A DNA stretch of 64,000 nt, taken from Deltaproteobacteria bacterium. GTDB taxonomy: Bacteria; JADJOY01. A program made the position numbers and the translations under genes. This document shows, piece by piece, positions 10,698-20,353 of the stretch. Positions within the stretch are counted from its first letter, which is position 1. Each line of letters starts with the position of its first letter. The stretch spans positions 141,026 to 205,025 of the forward strand of contig JADJOY010000027.1 of NCBI GenBank assembly GCA_016713535.1, given 5' to 3'. Under the pieces are notes generated by a model that made no database searches, had not been told where the DNA came from, and worked only from the letters and a program-made list of their open reading frames with translations.

Positions 10698-12587
10698 ATG
10701 ACGCATCCGATCGCGACCCCGTCGCTCGACGCGCTGCGCGCGCCGTTCGCCGCGGGCCAACCGTACGAACTCGATCCCGAGCGCTGCCGCAAGCTGCTCG
10801 CGATCGCGCTGCGCCGCGGCGGTGACTCGGCCGACCTTTTCGCCGAGCTCGCCACCAGCGGCTCGATGGGGCTCGAGGAAGGGATCGTGAAGTCCGCCTC
10901 CCGCGGCGTGTCGCTGGGCGTGGGCTTCCGCGTGCGGCGCGGCGACGCCGCCGGCTACGCCTACACCGAGGACCTCGCCTGGGAGGCGCTGGTGCGCGCC
11001 GCCGAGACCGCCGCCGAGATCGCGAGCGGCGGCCCCGTCGATCCGGTCGCCGTGAGCGAGCGCAGCTTGCCCAGCCGCTACGCGGTGCCCACCCCGTCGA
11101 TCGTGACGCCGGGCCTCGCCAAGCGCGAGCTGCTCTCTCGCGCCGATCGCGCCGCGCGCGCCGCCGACCCGCGCGTCGATCGCGTCGAGGCGTCGCTCGT
11201 CGAGAGCTACCGCGAGCTCCTGATCGCCAACTCGGACGGCTGGTTCGCCCGCGACGTGCAGCCGATGCTGCGCTTCGGCGTGCGCGCGCTCGCCACCCAC
11301 AACGGCCGCCGCGAGAGCGGCAGCTCGGGCGGCGGCGGGCGCGTCGGCCTCGAATACTTCGCGCGCCCGGGGAAGAGCCCCGAGGACCACGCTCGAGAGG
11401 CGGTACGGATGGCGGTGGCGATGCTCGACGCCCGCGAGGCCCCGGCCGGCGAGATGGAGGTGGTGCTCGCGCCAGGCGACTCGGCGGTGCTGGTCCACGA
11501 GGCGGTCGGCCACGGGCTCGAGGGCGACTTCAACCGCAAAGGCACCAGCAACTACACGGGCCGCGTGGGCCAGTCCGTCGCCTCGAACCTGTGCACGGTG
11601 GTCGACAACGCCGACGTCGAGGGCAGCCGCGGCGCCATCAACGTCGACGACGAAGGAAACCTCACCCGCCCCAACACGCTCATCGAGAACGGCGTCCTCG
11701 CCGGCTACATGCACGACTCGCTGAGCGCCAAGCACTTCGGAGTGAAGCCCACCGGCAACGGACGTCGCGAGAGCTTCCGCTGCGCCCCGATGCCGCGCAT
11801 GACGAACACCGTGCTCCTCGCCGGCCAGGACGATCCCGACGAGATCGTCCGCAGCGTGAAACGCGGCGTCTACGCGCGGCGCTTCGGTGGTGGGCAGGTG
11901 GACATCGCCTCGGGCGACTTCGTGTTCGCGCTCGCCGAGGCCTACCTGATCGAGGACGGCGTCCTCACCGCGCCGCTCAAGGGCGTGAATCTGATCGGCA
12001 ACGGACCCGAGGCGCTCGGCAAGGTGACGATGCTCGGCAACGACCTCACGCTCTCCGACGGCATCTGGACGTGCGGCAAGGACGGCCAGAGCGTGCCCGT
12101 CAACCAGGGCTCCCCGACCATCCGGGTCGGCCCCATGACCGGGGGCGGGGCACAGCTCGCGGGCGCCGCAGGGAGGGCCGCATGCCCGCCACGATCGCTC
12201 CAGTCGCCGAGCTCGCTGCGCTCGCCGAGGGCGTCCTCGCGAAGCTCCTCGAGCGCGGCGCCAGCGAGGCCAAGGTGGTGGCGCGCGCCGGGCAGGACCT
12301 CTCGGTGCGGGTGCACAAGGGAGAGGTCGAGCTGGTGGAGGAGGCGGGGACGCGCTCGCTCTCGGTGCGCGCCGCCAAGGGCAAGCAGGTCGCCAGCGCG
12401 AGCACCTCCGACGTCACGCGCGGCGGCATCGAGCGCATCGTCGGCGACGTGCTCGAGCTCTGCGACCTCGCCCAGGAAGATCCGTACGCGGGCCTGCCCG
12501 ATCCATCCGAGCTTGCCACGGGGCCGCATCCCGAGCTCGCGCTCTACGATCCCGCGTGCGGCGAGGTGCGCGCCGCCGAGGCGGTGA
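10698..12587 (+). CDS. tldD: metalloprotease TldD (no stop codon where expected; ORF reads on into pmbA)
   Basis: TldD motifs HEAVGHGLEGD and the usual C-terminus ...GSPTIRVGPMTGGG are present around 12150. The remaining ~145 codons overlap pmbA out of frame and look like read-through. Confidence 0.85.
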   Translation: MTHPIATPSLDALRAPFAAGQPYELDPERCRKLLAIALRRGGDSADLFAELATSGSMGLEEGIVKSASRGVSLGVGFRVRRGDAAGYAYTEDLAWEALVRAAETAAEIASGGPVDPVAVSERSLPSRYAVPTPSIVTPGLAKRELLSRADRAARAADPRVDRVEASLVESYRELLIANSDGWFARDVQPMLRFGVRALATHNGRRESGSSGGGGRVGLEYFARPGKSPEDHAREAVRMAVAMLDAREAPAGEMEVVLAPGDSAVLVHEAVGHGLEGDFNRKGTSNYTGRVGQSVASNLCTVVDNADVEGSRGAINVDDEGNLTRPNTLIENGVLAGYMHDSLSAKHFGVKPTGNGRRESFRCAPMPRMTNTVLLAGQDDPDEIVRSVKRGVYARRFGGGQVDIASGDFVFALAEAYLIEDGVLTAPLKGVNLIGNGPEALGKVTMLGNDLTLSDGIWTCGKDGQSVPVNQGSPTIRVGPMTGGGAQLAGAAGRAACPPRSLQSPSSLRSPRASSRSSSSAAPARPRWWRAPGRTSRCGCTRERSSWWRRRGRARSRCAPPRASRSPARAPPTSRAAASSASSATCSSSATSPRKIRTRACPIHPSLPRGRIPSSRSTIPRAARCAPPRR

Positions 12588-13540
12588 CGCGCGCGCAGCG
12601 TGCCGATCGCGCCGCGTACGACTTCGATCCGCGCATCACCAACAGCGAGGGTGCCAACTTCGGCCGCACCTCGGGTGCGTTCGCGCTCGCCACGTCGGGC
12701 GGCTTCCGCGGCGGCTATCGCGGCTCGTACGCGTCGCTCAGCGTGCATCCGGTGGCCGCCGACGAGGGCGGCAAGAACCGCACGTCGTATTACTGGAGCG
12801 CGCGGCGGGTGCTCGCGAACCTCGAGAGCGAGGAAGCGGTGGGCCGCGAGGCGGCGCGGCGCACGCTGCGGCTGCTGGGCGCGCGCAAGGTGCCGACCCA
12901 GACCGCGCCGGTGATCTTCGACGCCGACGCGGCACGCTCGATGATCGGCACCCTCGCCGGCTGCGTCAGCGGCGACGCCATCTACCGGCGCTCGAGCTAC
13001 CTGGTCAACCGCCTCGGCACCTCGGTGGCGAGCGACCTGGTCACGATCGTCGACGACCCGCTGATCGCGTCAGGCCCGGGCTCGCGCCCGTTCGACAGCG
13101 ACGGCCTGCCCTCGCGGAAGAACGTGCTCGTCGAGTGCGGCCAGCTCGCGACCTACCTCCTCGACGTCTACAGCGCGCGCAAGCTCGGCTTGAAGAGCAC
13201 CGGCAGCGCCTCCGGCGGCGGCGCCGGTACCAGCAACCTCTACCTGCTGCCCGGCGAGAAGACCCGCGAGCAGCTCATCGCCGAGACGCCGCGCGGGCTC
13301 TACGTCACCTCGATGATGGGCTTCGGCTTCAACGCCGTGACCGGGGACTTCTCGCGCGGTGCGCTCGGCTTCTGGATCGAGAACGGCGAGCTGACGTTTC
13401 CGGTCAGCGAGATCACCATCTCGCTCAACTTCAACGACCTCTTCGCGCGCATCGACGGCGTCGCCAACGACCTCGAGCTCAAGAGCTCGGTCGCCTCCCC
13501 CACCTTCCGCGTCGCCGAGATGACCATCGCCGGTACCTGA
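12182..13540 (+). CDS. pmbA: metalloprotease PmbA/TldE
   Basis: MPATIAPVAELAALAEGVLAKLLERGASEAKVV... through ...SPTFRVAEMTIAGT matches the PmbA family over its full length. A GGGAGGG ribosome-binding site lies 6-12 nt upstream. Confidence 0.9.
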   Translation: MPATIAPVAELAALAEGVLAKLLERGASEAKVVARAGQDLSVRVHKGEVELVEEAGTRSLSVRAAKGKQVASASTSDVTRGGIERIVGDVLELCDLAQEDPYAGLPDPSELATGPHPELALYDPACGEVRAAEAVTRAQRADRAAYDFDPRITNSEGANFGRTSGAFALATSGGFRGGYRGSYASLSVHPVAADEGGKNRTSYYWSARRVLANLESEEAVGREAARRTLRLLGARKVPTQTAPVIFDADAARSMIGTLAGCVSGDAIYRRSSYLVNRLGTSVASDLVTIVDDPLIASGPGSRPFDSDGLPSRKNVLVECGQLATYLLDVYSARKLGLKSTGSASGGGAGTSNLYLLPGEKTREQLIAETPRGLYVTSMMGFGFNAVTGDFSRGALGFWIENGELTFPVSEITISLNFNDLFARIDGVANDLELKSSVASPTFRVAEMTIAGT

Positions 13541-13664
13541 TCAGCGCGGCGGCCTCGAGGTCGGTGTGTATCGCCGGGCAGGCGGCGCGCGCCCCTCCCA
13601 GGGGCTACCTGCGCACGATCCGTAGGGGCGGGGCCTGTCCCCGCCCGCAAAGCTGCCGGCCCGC

Positions 13665-14400
13665 CGGAGACGGGCGCCAGGACGCCCCGGCCTCGCATCC
13701 GGATCGGCGCCTCCTTCGGAGGAACGGCCTCCCGGCCGTCCGCTGTCGGGCGATGATGCCCGCGGCACCCGAGCAGATCGGCGCGGAGACGCCGCAGCCC
13801 CTCGCGCCCCCCTTCTCCGATCGATCGCCGACCCGCTGGAGCGCGCCCGCTTCGTCGGGCGCCAGGACGCCCCGGGCCCGCATCCGGATCGGCACCGCCT
13901 TCGGAGGGACGGCCTCCCGGCCGTCCAGTTCGGGCGATGATGCCCACAGCACCCGAGCAAATTGGCGCGGAGACGCCGCGGCCCCTCGCGGCACCCCGTT
14001 CTCCGACCGAGCGCCGATCCGCTGGAGCGCGCCCGCTCCGTCGGGCGCCCCGGACGCCTCAGGCTCGCATCCGGATCGGCACCGCCTTCGGAGGGACGGC
14101 CTCCCGGCCGTCCAGTTCGGGCGATGATGCCCACAGCACCCGAGCAAATTGGCGCGGAGACCGCGGCCCTCGCGCCCCTTCCGATCCGCCAACCCACTGG
14201 AGCGCGCCGCTTCGTCGGGCGCCAGGCCCCCGGCCTCAACGGCCCCGGCCGTCCAGTTCGGATGAGCCCACAGCACCAGCATTGGCGCGGACCGGCCTCG
14301 CGGCACCCGCTCTCCGACCAGCGCGATCCCTGGAGCGCGCCCGGGCCCCGGACGCCTCAGGCTCGCATCCGGCCGCGCGGTCCCTCGCGGCACCCGTCAG
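13665..14400. repeat. tandem repeat, ~185-bp unit, about 4 copies
   Basis: GGGCGCCAGGACGCC recurs at 13672, 13858, 14043 and 14217. Each unit contains the hairpin GGACGGCC-tccc-GGCCGTCC. Later copies are progressively degenerate. Confidence 0.85.
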
Positions 14401-14671
14401 TCCGATCGATCGTCGACCGGCTGGCGGCGAGACCAGCCCGACCGGGCCGTACCAATTTTCCCCAAACCCGCCGTTTCGAACTGCCTCGCCCCCGCCCAGC
14501 TAGCGCCGCTAGCGCACCGGTGCAGCACCGTGCGATCCTCGAGCCCACTCGCGGACTTTCTGGTTCCGCCCTCGACCGAACCTCGAACCCGATACACAGG
14601 CGAGCCCGCCTCAGATAGCGAAACCCGCCTAGACCGGACCATCGGGACCTGCATAGTTCACGCGAATAGAA

Positions 14672-14678
14672 GTTAGAC
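14672..14678 (+). other. lone GTTAGAC box (possible R' core of an eroded attC or attI) 38 nt upstream of the first cassette ORF
   Basis: It matches GTTRRRY exactly, but no convincing partner arm is seen upstream. Confidence 0.25.
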
Positions 14679-14715
14679 CGCCTGTGACCGTTAAAGTATT
14701 GGAGGCATCGAATCA

Positions 14716-16397
14716 ATGAGACAAGTTCATCGCGCAATAGTAGTGATGGTGTTCTTCCTTGCCGGAGCGGTGGGAGCGCCCCTCTCGATGGCGCAGGAGC
14801 AGCCCCAGGGCATCACTGTGTTCGTGGCGAAGAAGATCATCACGATGGATCCGGGCTGGCCAACGGCAACCGCAGTGGCCGTCCGCGACGGCAGGATTCT
14901 GTCTGTCGGCTCGCTCGAGGACCTGAAGCCGTGGCTCGAATCGGCTCCACATGAAATCGACCGCAGGTTCGCGGACAAGATCCTGACGCCGGGCATGATC
15001 GAGCCGCACGGTCATCCGGTGCTCGGAGGCACCTCGCTGACGCGACCCCTCCTGAGCTACCTCCCGCTGCCGAGCCCCTACGGAGCGCCGTTTCCGGGCA
15101 TAAAGACCGCGACCGAAGCCGCGGCCAAGTTGAAGGAATACGTTGCGCAGGCGAAGTCGCCCGACGAGACCGTGCTCGCCTGGGGCTATGACGTCATCGC
15201 CATGGGCGGCAAGCACCTCGACAAGACGGTCCTCGACAAGGTCTCTAAATCACCAAGGAGCATCTCAAGACCAACGGCGTGATGGCCGACGCCGACGGCG
15301 AGCCCAACGGTCAGTTCCTCGGTACGACGGCCGCGCAGTTGGTCCTGGCGGAGCCGCTCACGCAGCTGTTCGCGCCCGAGGTCGCGCTGAAGAACGTGAA
15401 TTTCCTCATGGACCTGAGTCGCCAGAACGGAATCACCACGACCTCGGAACTGGCGTTCGGGGCCATCAACCTTCCGGTCGAGCAAAAGGTCTTCGAGGCG
15501 TATTTCAATGATCCAGCCAGCCCGATGCGGTGTGTCGTGGTGGCCGACGCAACCACCATTACCGCCGAAAAGGGCGAAGGGGCGATCGCGTTCGTGCAGG
15601 GCCTGGCCAGGCGCAACACCGACAAGCTCATGTTCAACGGCGTCAAGTTCTTCTCTGACGATTCCTTCCTGAGCCTCGGCATGGTCATGGAGAACCCCGG
15701 GTACACGGACGGCCGGAAGGGGATCTTCATCCTGCCGCCGGACAAGATGGTCGAAACCTGGATGCCGTGGTGGAAAGCGGGTTTCCAGATCCACGTGCAC
15801 ACCAACGGCAACGGCGGCAACGAGGCCACGTTGCGCGCCCTGGAGGGCCTGATGCGGGCGCAGCCGCGCTTCGGGCACCGCTTCACGTTCACGCACTACG
15901 GCATGTCTACGCCGGAGCAGACCACGCGTATTGCCGCGCTTGGCGGCATCACCAGTGTCAATCCCTACTACCTGCACAGCCGGGCGGAGTTCAACGCCCC
16001 CTACGTGGGCGTCGACCGCGCGTACAGCGCCGCGCGGCTGAAGACGCTCGTCGATGCCGGCGTGCCGACTTCGCTGCATACGGATACGCCAGTCGCGCCA
16101 CCGTTCCCGCTCGAAGAGATGTGGATCGCGGTCAACCGCTTCGGGCTTTCGGGCAAGGTGCTCGCACCCGAAGAACGGATCAGTGTCCACCAGGCGCTTC
16201 GCATGGTCACGATCGATGCAGCCTATACGCTCGGCGTCGAGGACAAGGTCGGCAGCATCGCTGCGGGCAAGTTCGCCGACTTCGCCGTGCTGGAGAATGA
16301 CCCGTACGCGGTGCCCAAGGAGAACATCCGGGACATCAAGGTATGGGGGACCGTGGTGAGCGGCGTCGTTTTCCCTGCCTCTGAGATCAGACCCTGA
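14716..16397 (+). pseudogene. amidohydrolase-family (YtcJ-like, metal-dependent) gene with internal deletion and frame change near 15245
   Basis: ORFs 14716..15282 and 15279..16397 are two parts of one amidohydrolase (signal peptide, EPHGHP, HVHTNGNG, C-terminal GKFADFAVL). The join ...VLDKVSKSP / ITKEHLKTNGV... lacks about 20-25 residues normally present between these blocks, and the frame changes. Confidence 0.8.
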
Positions 16398-16408
16398 GCG
16401 AGAGAACG

Positions 16409-16469
16409 GTCTAACAATCGGTTGCAGCGGACGGCGCTGGCGCGCCGCCGCTGAACCGAGACGTTATGC
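16409..16469 (+). other. attC-like recombination site (cassette boundary)
   Basis: R'' GTCTAAC; L'' TCGGTTgCAGCGGaCGGCGC pairs with L' GCGCCGCCGCTGAACCGA except for two unpaired bases (G16424, A16431); R' GTTATGC. It begins 12 nt after the amidohydrolase stop. Confidence 0.75.
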
Positions 16470-16529
16470 GATCCCCGGTTTTCGCCAGGTGGTCCCGATG
16501 AGCATCGCGCGGGTGTTCCAACTGGGCTG

Positions 16530-17285
16530 TTGTACGCCTGGTGCCGCCACCAGGCAGTCGATAGCTGGCTCGGGTTCCTCGCGTCCGTCGGACTACTTAT
16601 CGTCTGGTTCTGGCATGAGCGCGGAACGGCCAGGGGGCCGTTCGGGCAACCCGTTCTCGCCGAACCAGTGACCAACGCGGCGATCCTGATCGTCCTCGTG
16701 GTTCTCAGCCTCGCCACGATCGCTACCGCCTTCCTTCAACCGTCCGTCTGGTTTCAGCGCCGCCGCACTCATCAGTCGCGAAAGGGATGCACCATGTCCT
16801 TGTTCAAGAAGAAGCTCGACGTGGTTCAGATCGGCACGGCACTGCTGGCGTTCGCTCAGGAGCCGGATCCGGGGAGTCCCGCCTCGCGATCTGCTTCCCT
16901 CTCGGCATCCAGCCCTCGACGAATCGCGAACGAGATGCTGTTCCTCCGCATCTTTGCTGTCGACTTCGGCGTTGCGATGGCCGTAGACGGGCCAAAAAAA
17001 GGACAGATCCTGGACATCTTTTACGAGCACGTTCGACGCATCGGGGCACTACTGGGGCTCCCGCCCAGTTCGAGGCGGACCTCCGCACCCGATCATTCGC
17101 GCACCGTAGCGGTGCGCGACACCGGAGGTGGCGGCGCAATGCTCCAGGCTATCGGCAGCACATTCGTCACATCGTGCGACGGTGCATGCGACGACTCATT
17201 GTCGGCAGCCATGGACGCAGGCATGACCTTCGGCATGGTGCAAAGATCCGTCAAAGATTTCCTTGGCTCCATCCGTATCGCATGA
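16530..17285 (+). CDS. hypothetical protein (cassette ORF); alternative start at 16794
   Basis: 251-aa ORF whose first 88 aa contain two TM-like segments. A shorter version starts at MSLFKKKLDVV (16794). No family recognised. Lower GC than the flanks. Confidence 0.5.
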   Translation: MYAWCRHQAVDSWLGFLASVGLLIVWFWHERGTARGPFGQPVLAEPVTNAAILIVLVVLSLATIATAFLQPSVWFQRRRTHQSRKGCTMSLFKKKLDVVQIGTALLAFAQEPDPGSPASRSASLSASSPRRIANEMLFLRIFAVDFGVAMAVDGPKKGQILDIFYEHVRRIGALLGLPPSSRRTSAPDHSRTVAVRDTGGGGAMLQAIGSTFVTSCDGACDDSLSAAMDAGMTFGMVQRSVKDFLGSIRIA

Positions 17286-17337
17286 TGGCAGAGATAGCGG
17301 GCCGGGGGTGTACGGTCCCGCGCTTGGCTGATTGGTC

Positions 17338-17429
17338 GCACAACTATGCGCTGCAGCAGACGGCACCCCGGGGGCCGTGGGCATTCAGCCCACGGTAGTC
17401 TGGGGCCGCTGCTGAGCGCGGCGTTAGGC
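17338..17429 (+). other. attC-like recombination site (long form)
   Basis: R'' GCACAAC; GCGCTgCAGCAGaCGGC (17348-17364) pairs with GCCGCTGCTGAGCGC (17405-17419), leaving the same g and a unpaired 6 nt apart. A 40-nt variable centre is itself palindromic (CCGTGGG...CCCACGG). R' is the canonical GTTAGGC (17423-17429). Confidence 0.7.
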
Positions 17430-17460
17430 CACTTCAACCAACGCTCCAAAGGAGACCCAA

Positions 17461-17728
17461 ATGGCAGACACACCCCCGCTCTTGGTCAACGGCTTCGTGA
17501 AGTCCAAGCTCGTCCCTTTTCGCTTTGAGAAGGACGCCTCCGCTACGCCAGAAGCGTTCAAGGCTCGTGCTCGCTTTTTCGACCTTCTGGAGTTGGAGCG
17601 CCTAAAGAAGCTCGACGAGCCATCCCTTGTTTCCAGCTTGCACGGCGAGATCGCGCGTGTCTTGTTCACGATCCCCTACTGGGTCTTCTTCCCGGAGTCC
17701 TTTCCGGGAGAAGCAGCACTAATCCAGA
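17461..17728 (+). pseudogene. 5' segment of the IS-interrupted pentein-fold enzyme gene
   Basis: MADTPPLLVNGFVKSK...FPGEAALIQ, preceded by an AAGGAG ribosome-binding site. The frame continues exactly into 20430.. once the IS and one target-duplication copy are removed. Confidence 0.8.
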
Positions 17729-17825
17729 GTATCCGTCCGGTAGTCCCATGGGGCCGGTGCGAAGGGGCCGCAGCTCGCGTGATCCGCGGCGGGCAGGTCC
17801 GTCGGTTGTAGAGGTCGGGTACGGC

Positions 17826-19466
17826 TTAGTCGGCGGCGACTGATGAAGCTTGGGGGTGAGCGCTGGCCCAGCGATCGGGCAGGAGCTCGGCCATGCGGTG
17901 AGCGGGCCATCCCACGGCGAGCTTCTCGATCACGTCCGTGAGGTACGGCAGGGGTGCCACGCCGTGCTGCACGCAAGTCCGCATCAAGCTGTAGAGCCGC
18001 GCCGAGCGTCGGGCTGCGTCGTGCGACCCGGCAAAGAGATAGTTTCGACGGCCCAGTGCGAGGTCTCGGATCTGGCGCTCGCAGAGGTTGTTGTCGAGTG
18101 ACAGCCGTCCGTCCTCGACGAAACGCGTGAGCGCCGTCCAGTGGTTCAAGAAGTAGCTCGCCGCCTGCGCCAACGCTGAGCTCGGCGGCTCGTCGCGCAC
18201 CGTCGCGACCAGCCAGCGTTGGAGCTTCTCGAGTGCTGGAAACGATCGTTCCTGGCGTTGCACCGCCCGCGCTTCGGGCGTGAGCTCCTTCAAGTCGGCG
18301 AGCTCCTCGAGCTTGTATAGCCGCCGGATCAGGAGCAGCGGATACGCCACCCGGCAGTCCGTGTCCTTGAGGTCGACGAGCCGCCGCCGCGCGTGCGCCA
18401 TGCAGCCGACCTCGATCGCTTCGGCGACGCGCCCGTTGTAGACGCGGTCGAACACGTTGGCGGCATCGGCCTGCACATACCCTTTCCGCCCCGTGAGGAA
18501 GAGCCACGGCCCGTCCTCGCCCTTGCCGGTCTCGGCGTACTCGAAGAGCACGTCGCGATCGTCCCCCACGTAGCACCACATCGTGCCGCGCTGGATGTGG
18601 TCGGGGGTCTCCGGTGCGAGCACCTTGAGACCGGATCCATCGGTCCGCACGACGTACGCGGCGCGCACCCGGTCGGCCAGCACCTCGATGACGGGCGCCA
18701 CCAGATCGCCGACTCCCGCGATCCAGTCCGCGAGCGTCGACACGGGCACCGTCACGCCGCTGCGCGCGAACATGCGGTGCTGGCGGTGAACGGGCCCGTG
18801 GTCGAGGAATTTGGTCACCGTCACGTACGCCAGCAGCGAAGGAGCGGCGGTGCAGCCGAACGGCTTCACCGGGCCGGGTGCGGTGTGGACGCCGAGCTTG
18901 CAGCGGCCACAGGCGTACTTACCGAGCCGCCACTCGTGCTCCACGAAGTGCCCGGGGACGTACTCGAGCACGCGCGAGGCGTCGGAGCCGATCCGTCGCT
19001 CGGGCTGACCGCAACGCGGGCACGTCCGCGCCCCGGGCTCGAGCTCGACGCGATGCTCGCAGCGCTCGACCTTTCGCCGGTCGACGCTCGGCGCGCGCTT
19101 GCGGTGAATGGCCGGCCGGCTCTCGTCGAGCTCCTTCTCGAGCTCGGCGTCCGCCTCGGCATCGGCCCGCACCTGCTCGGGCTTCGGCTCGGCTGGGGTG
19201 TCCTGGGCCGTGAGCTGCTCGAGCAAGAGCGCGAGCTGCCCGGGGTCGACCTTTTCGCTTCGCTTGCCCGTGCGCTCGCTACGGAGCTTGTGGATGAGCA
19301 GCGAGAGCTCGCGATTCTTGTCGAGCACCGCACCCAGCGCCGCGACGAACAGATCGAACGCCTCGTCGGTGCGGCCTTCGGCCACCAGCGCTTGCGCGTT
19401 GGTGCGCACGTCCTCTGGCGAGAGGACGTTTCGCGAAGCGGACGAGGGCGCCGAGGACGACGGCAT
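17826..19466 (-). CDS. IS66-family transposase TnpC
   Basis: 546 aa with an N-terminal coiled-coil/leucine-zipper region, the zinc-finger-like CPRCG...CGRC and a DDE domain typical of IS66 transposases. Confidence 0.92.
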   Translation of the reverse strand: MPSSSAPSSASRNVLSPEDVRTNAQALVAEGRTDEAFDLFVAALGAVLDKNRELSLLIHKLRSERTGKRSEKVDPGQLALLLEQLTAQDTPAEPKPEQVRADAEADAELEKELDESRPAIHRKRAPSVDRRKVERCEHRVELEPGARTCPRCGQPERRIGSDASRVLEYVPGHFVEHEWRLGKYACGRCKLGVHTAPGPVKPFGCTAAPSLLAYVTVTKFLDHGPVHRQHRMFARSGVTVPVSTLADWIAGVGDLVAPVIEVLADRVRAAYVVRTDGSGLKVLAPETPDHIQRGTMWCYVGDDRDVLFEYAETGKGEDGPWLFLTGRKGYVQADAANVFDRVYNGRVAEAIEVGCMAHARRRLVDLKDTDCRVAYPLLLIRRLYKLEELADLKELTPEARAVQRQERSFPALEKLQRWLVATVRDEPPSSALAQAASYFLNHWTALTRFVEDGRLSLDNNLCERQIRDLALGRRNYLFAGSHDAARRSARLYSLMRTCVQHGVAPLPYLTDVIEKLAVGWPAHRMAELLPDRWASAHPQASSVAAD

Positions 19467-19568
19467 CGGTGCGTAGCCGGAAGGAATGTTGCTCGCGGAC
19501 GGATATGCAGCACACGTGTTTCGCGAACAAGAGGTCGGACGAACGAAATCGGAAAAGATTCACGAAGC

Positions 19569-19958
19569 TCACCCGAACGTCGCGGTGGAGCGTGGGATCG
19601 GCTTCGCAGCGCGATACCAACGTCGCTGCCGTGTGGCTCGTCGCAGATCGATCCCTTCGAGAATCATCGTGAGCTCGGCCGCGTCGACCTCGATGTGCCG
19701 AGCGCCGATCAGTGGCGCCTTGGGGAGCGTGAACGTCCCGCGCTCGAGACGCTTGTAGACGAGCAGGTATCCCGTGCGATCCCACACGAGGATTTTGATC
19801 CGGTTTCGCCGACGGTTGAGCCAGCAGAACAGATGCCCGGAGAGTGGATCCTGACGGATCACCTCGCGCGTCGCGGCGGCCAAGCCGTCGAAGCCGCGGC
19901 GTAGATCGATCGGCTCGGACGCGATGTAGACCTGAACGGCCGACGGGAGCGTCAGCAC
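19569..19958 (-). CDS. IS66 Orf2-like accessory protein TnpB
   Basis: VLTLPSAVQVYIASEPIDLRRGFDGLAAATREVIRQDPLSGHLFCWLNRRRNRIKILVWDRTGY... matches the IS66 Orf2 family. The GTG start overlaps the tnpA stop. Confidence 0.88.
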   Translation of the reverse strand: MLTLPSAVQVYIASEPIDLRRGFDGLAAATREVIRQDPLSGHLFCWLNRRRNRIKILVWDRTGYLLVYKRLERGTFTLPKAPLIGARHIEVDAAELTMILEGIDLRRATRQRRWYRAAKPIPRSTATFG

Positions 19959-20353
19959 GCACTCGGCCCCGCGACCACGTCCAAGACCTGGCGCAGCTCG
20001 GCCGGGTCGACTCCCGGTGGCACGCGGATGCGCTCGCCACCGACCAGAACGATCTCGATGATCGGCGCATCGAAGGCCGTCGTCGGCGCATCGCAGCGAT
20101 CCACGACGCGCACCGGGTGGAACTGAACCGCGCGCGGGTTCAGCGGCGCATCGAGATCCTTCGCCCAACGCAGGATTCGCTTCGGATCGAGCTGGTAGCG
20201 GCGAGCGAATGCCGCGGCGCTCGCTTCGCTCTCACGCCACGCCTCCACAACTCGCCGCGCATCGGCCTCACGCCAGTACCTGCGCCGAGCGATCTGCCAA
20301 ACCTCGTCGTTCCTGTCTGTCCGCATCGCGCGTCTCCTCTCCTCGATCCTCAC
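19952..20353 (-). CDS. IS66-family accessory protein TnpA (Orf1)
   Basis: Small helix-turn-helix-like protein (...EADARRVVEAWRESEASAAAFARRYQLDPKRILRWAK...). It is first in the three-gene IS66 arrangement. An alternative ATG lies at 20326. Confidence 0.8.
   Translation of the reverse strand: MRIEERRRAMRTDRNDEVWQIARRRYWREADARRVVEAWRESEASAAAFARRYQLDPKRILRWAKDLDAPLNPRAVQFHPVRVVDRCDAPTTAFDAPIIEIVLVGGERIRVPPGVDPAELRQVLDVVAGPSAC

Noticed and set aside
13541-14737. Multi-frame ORFs (232, 262, 215, 188, 218 aa) and a search for an integron integrase remnant upstream of the cassette array
   Set aside because: The ORFs follow the ~185-bp tandem repeat and look non-protein-like. No tyrosine-recombinase motifs (R..HxxR..Y) were seen in any frame.
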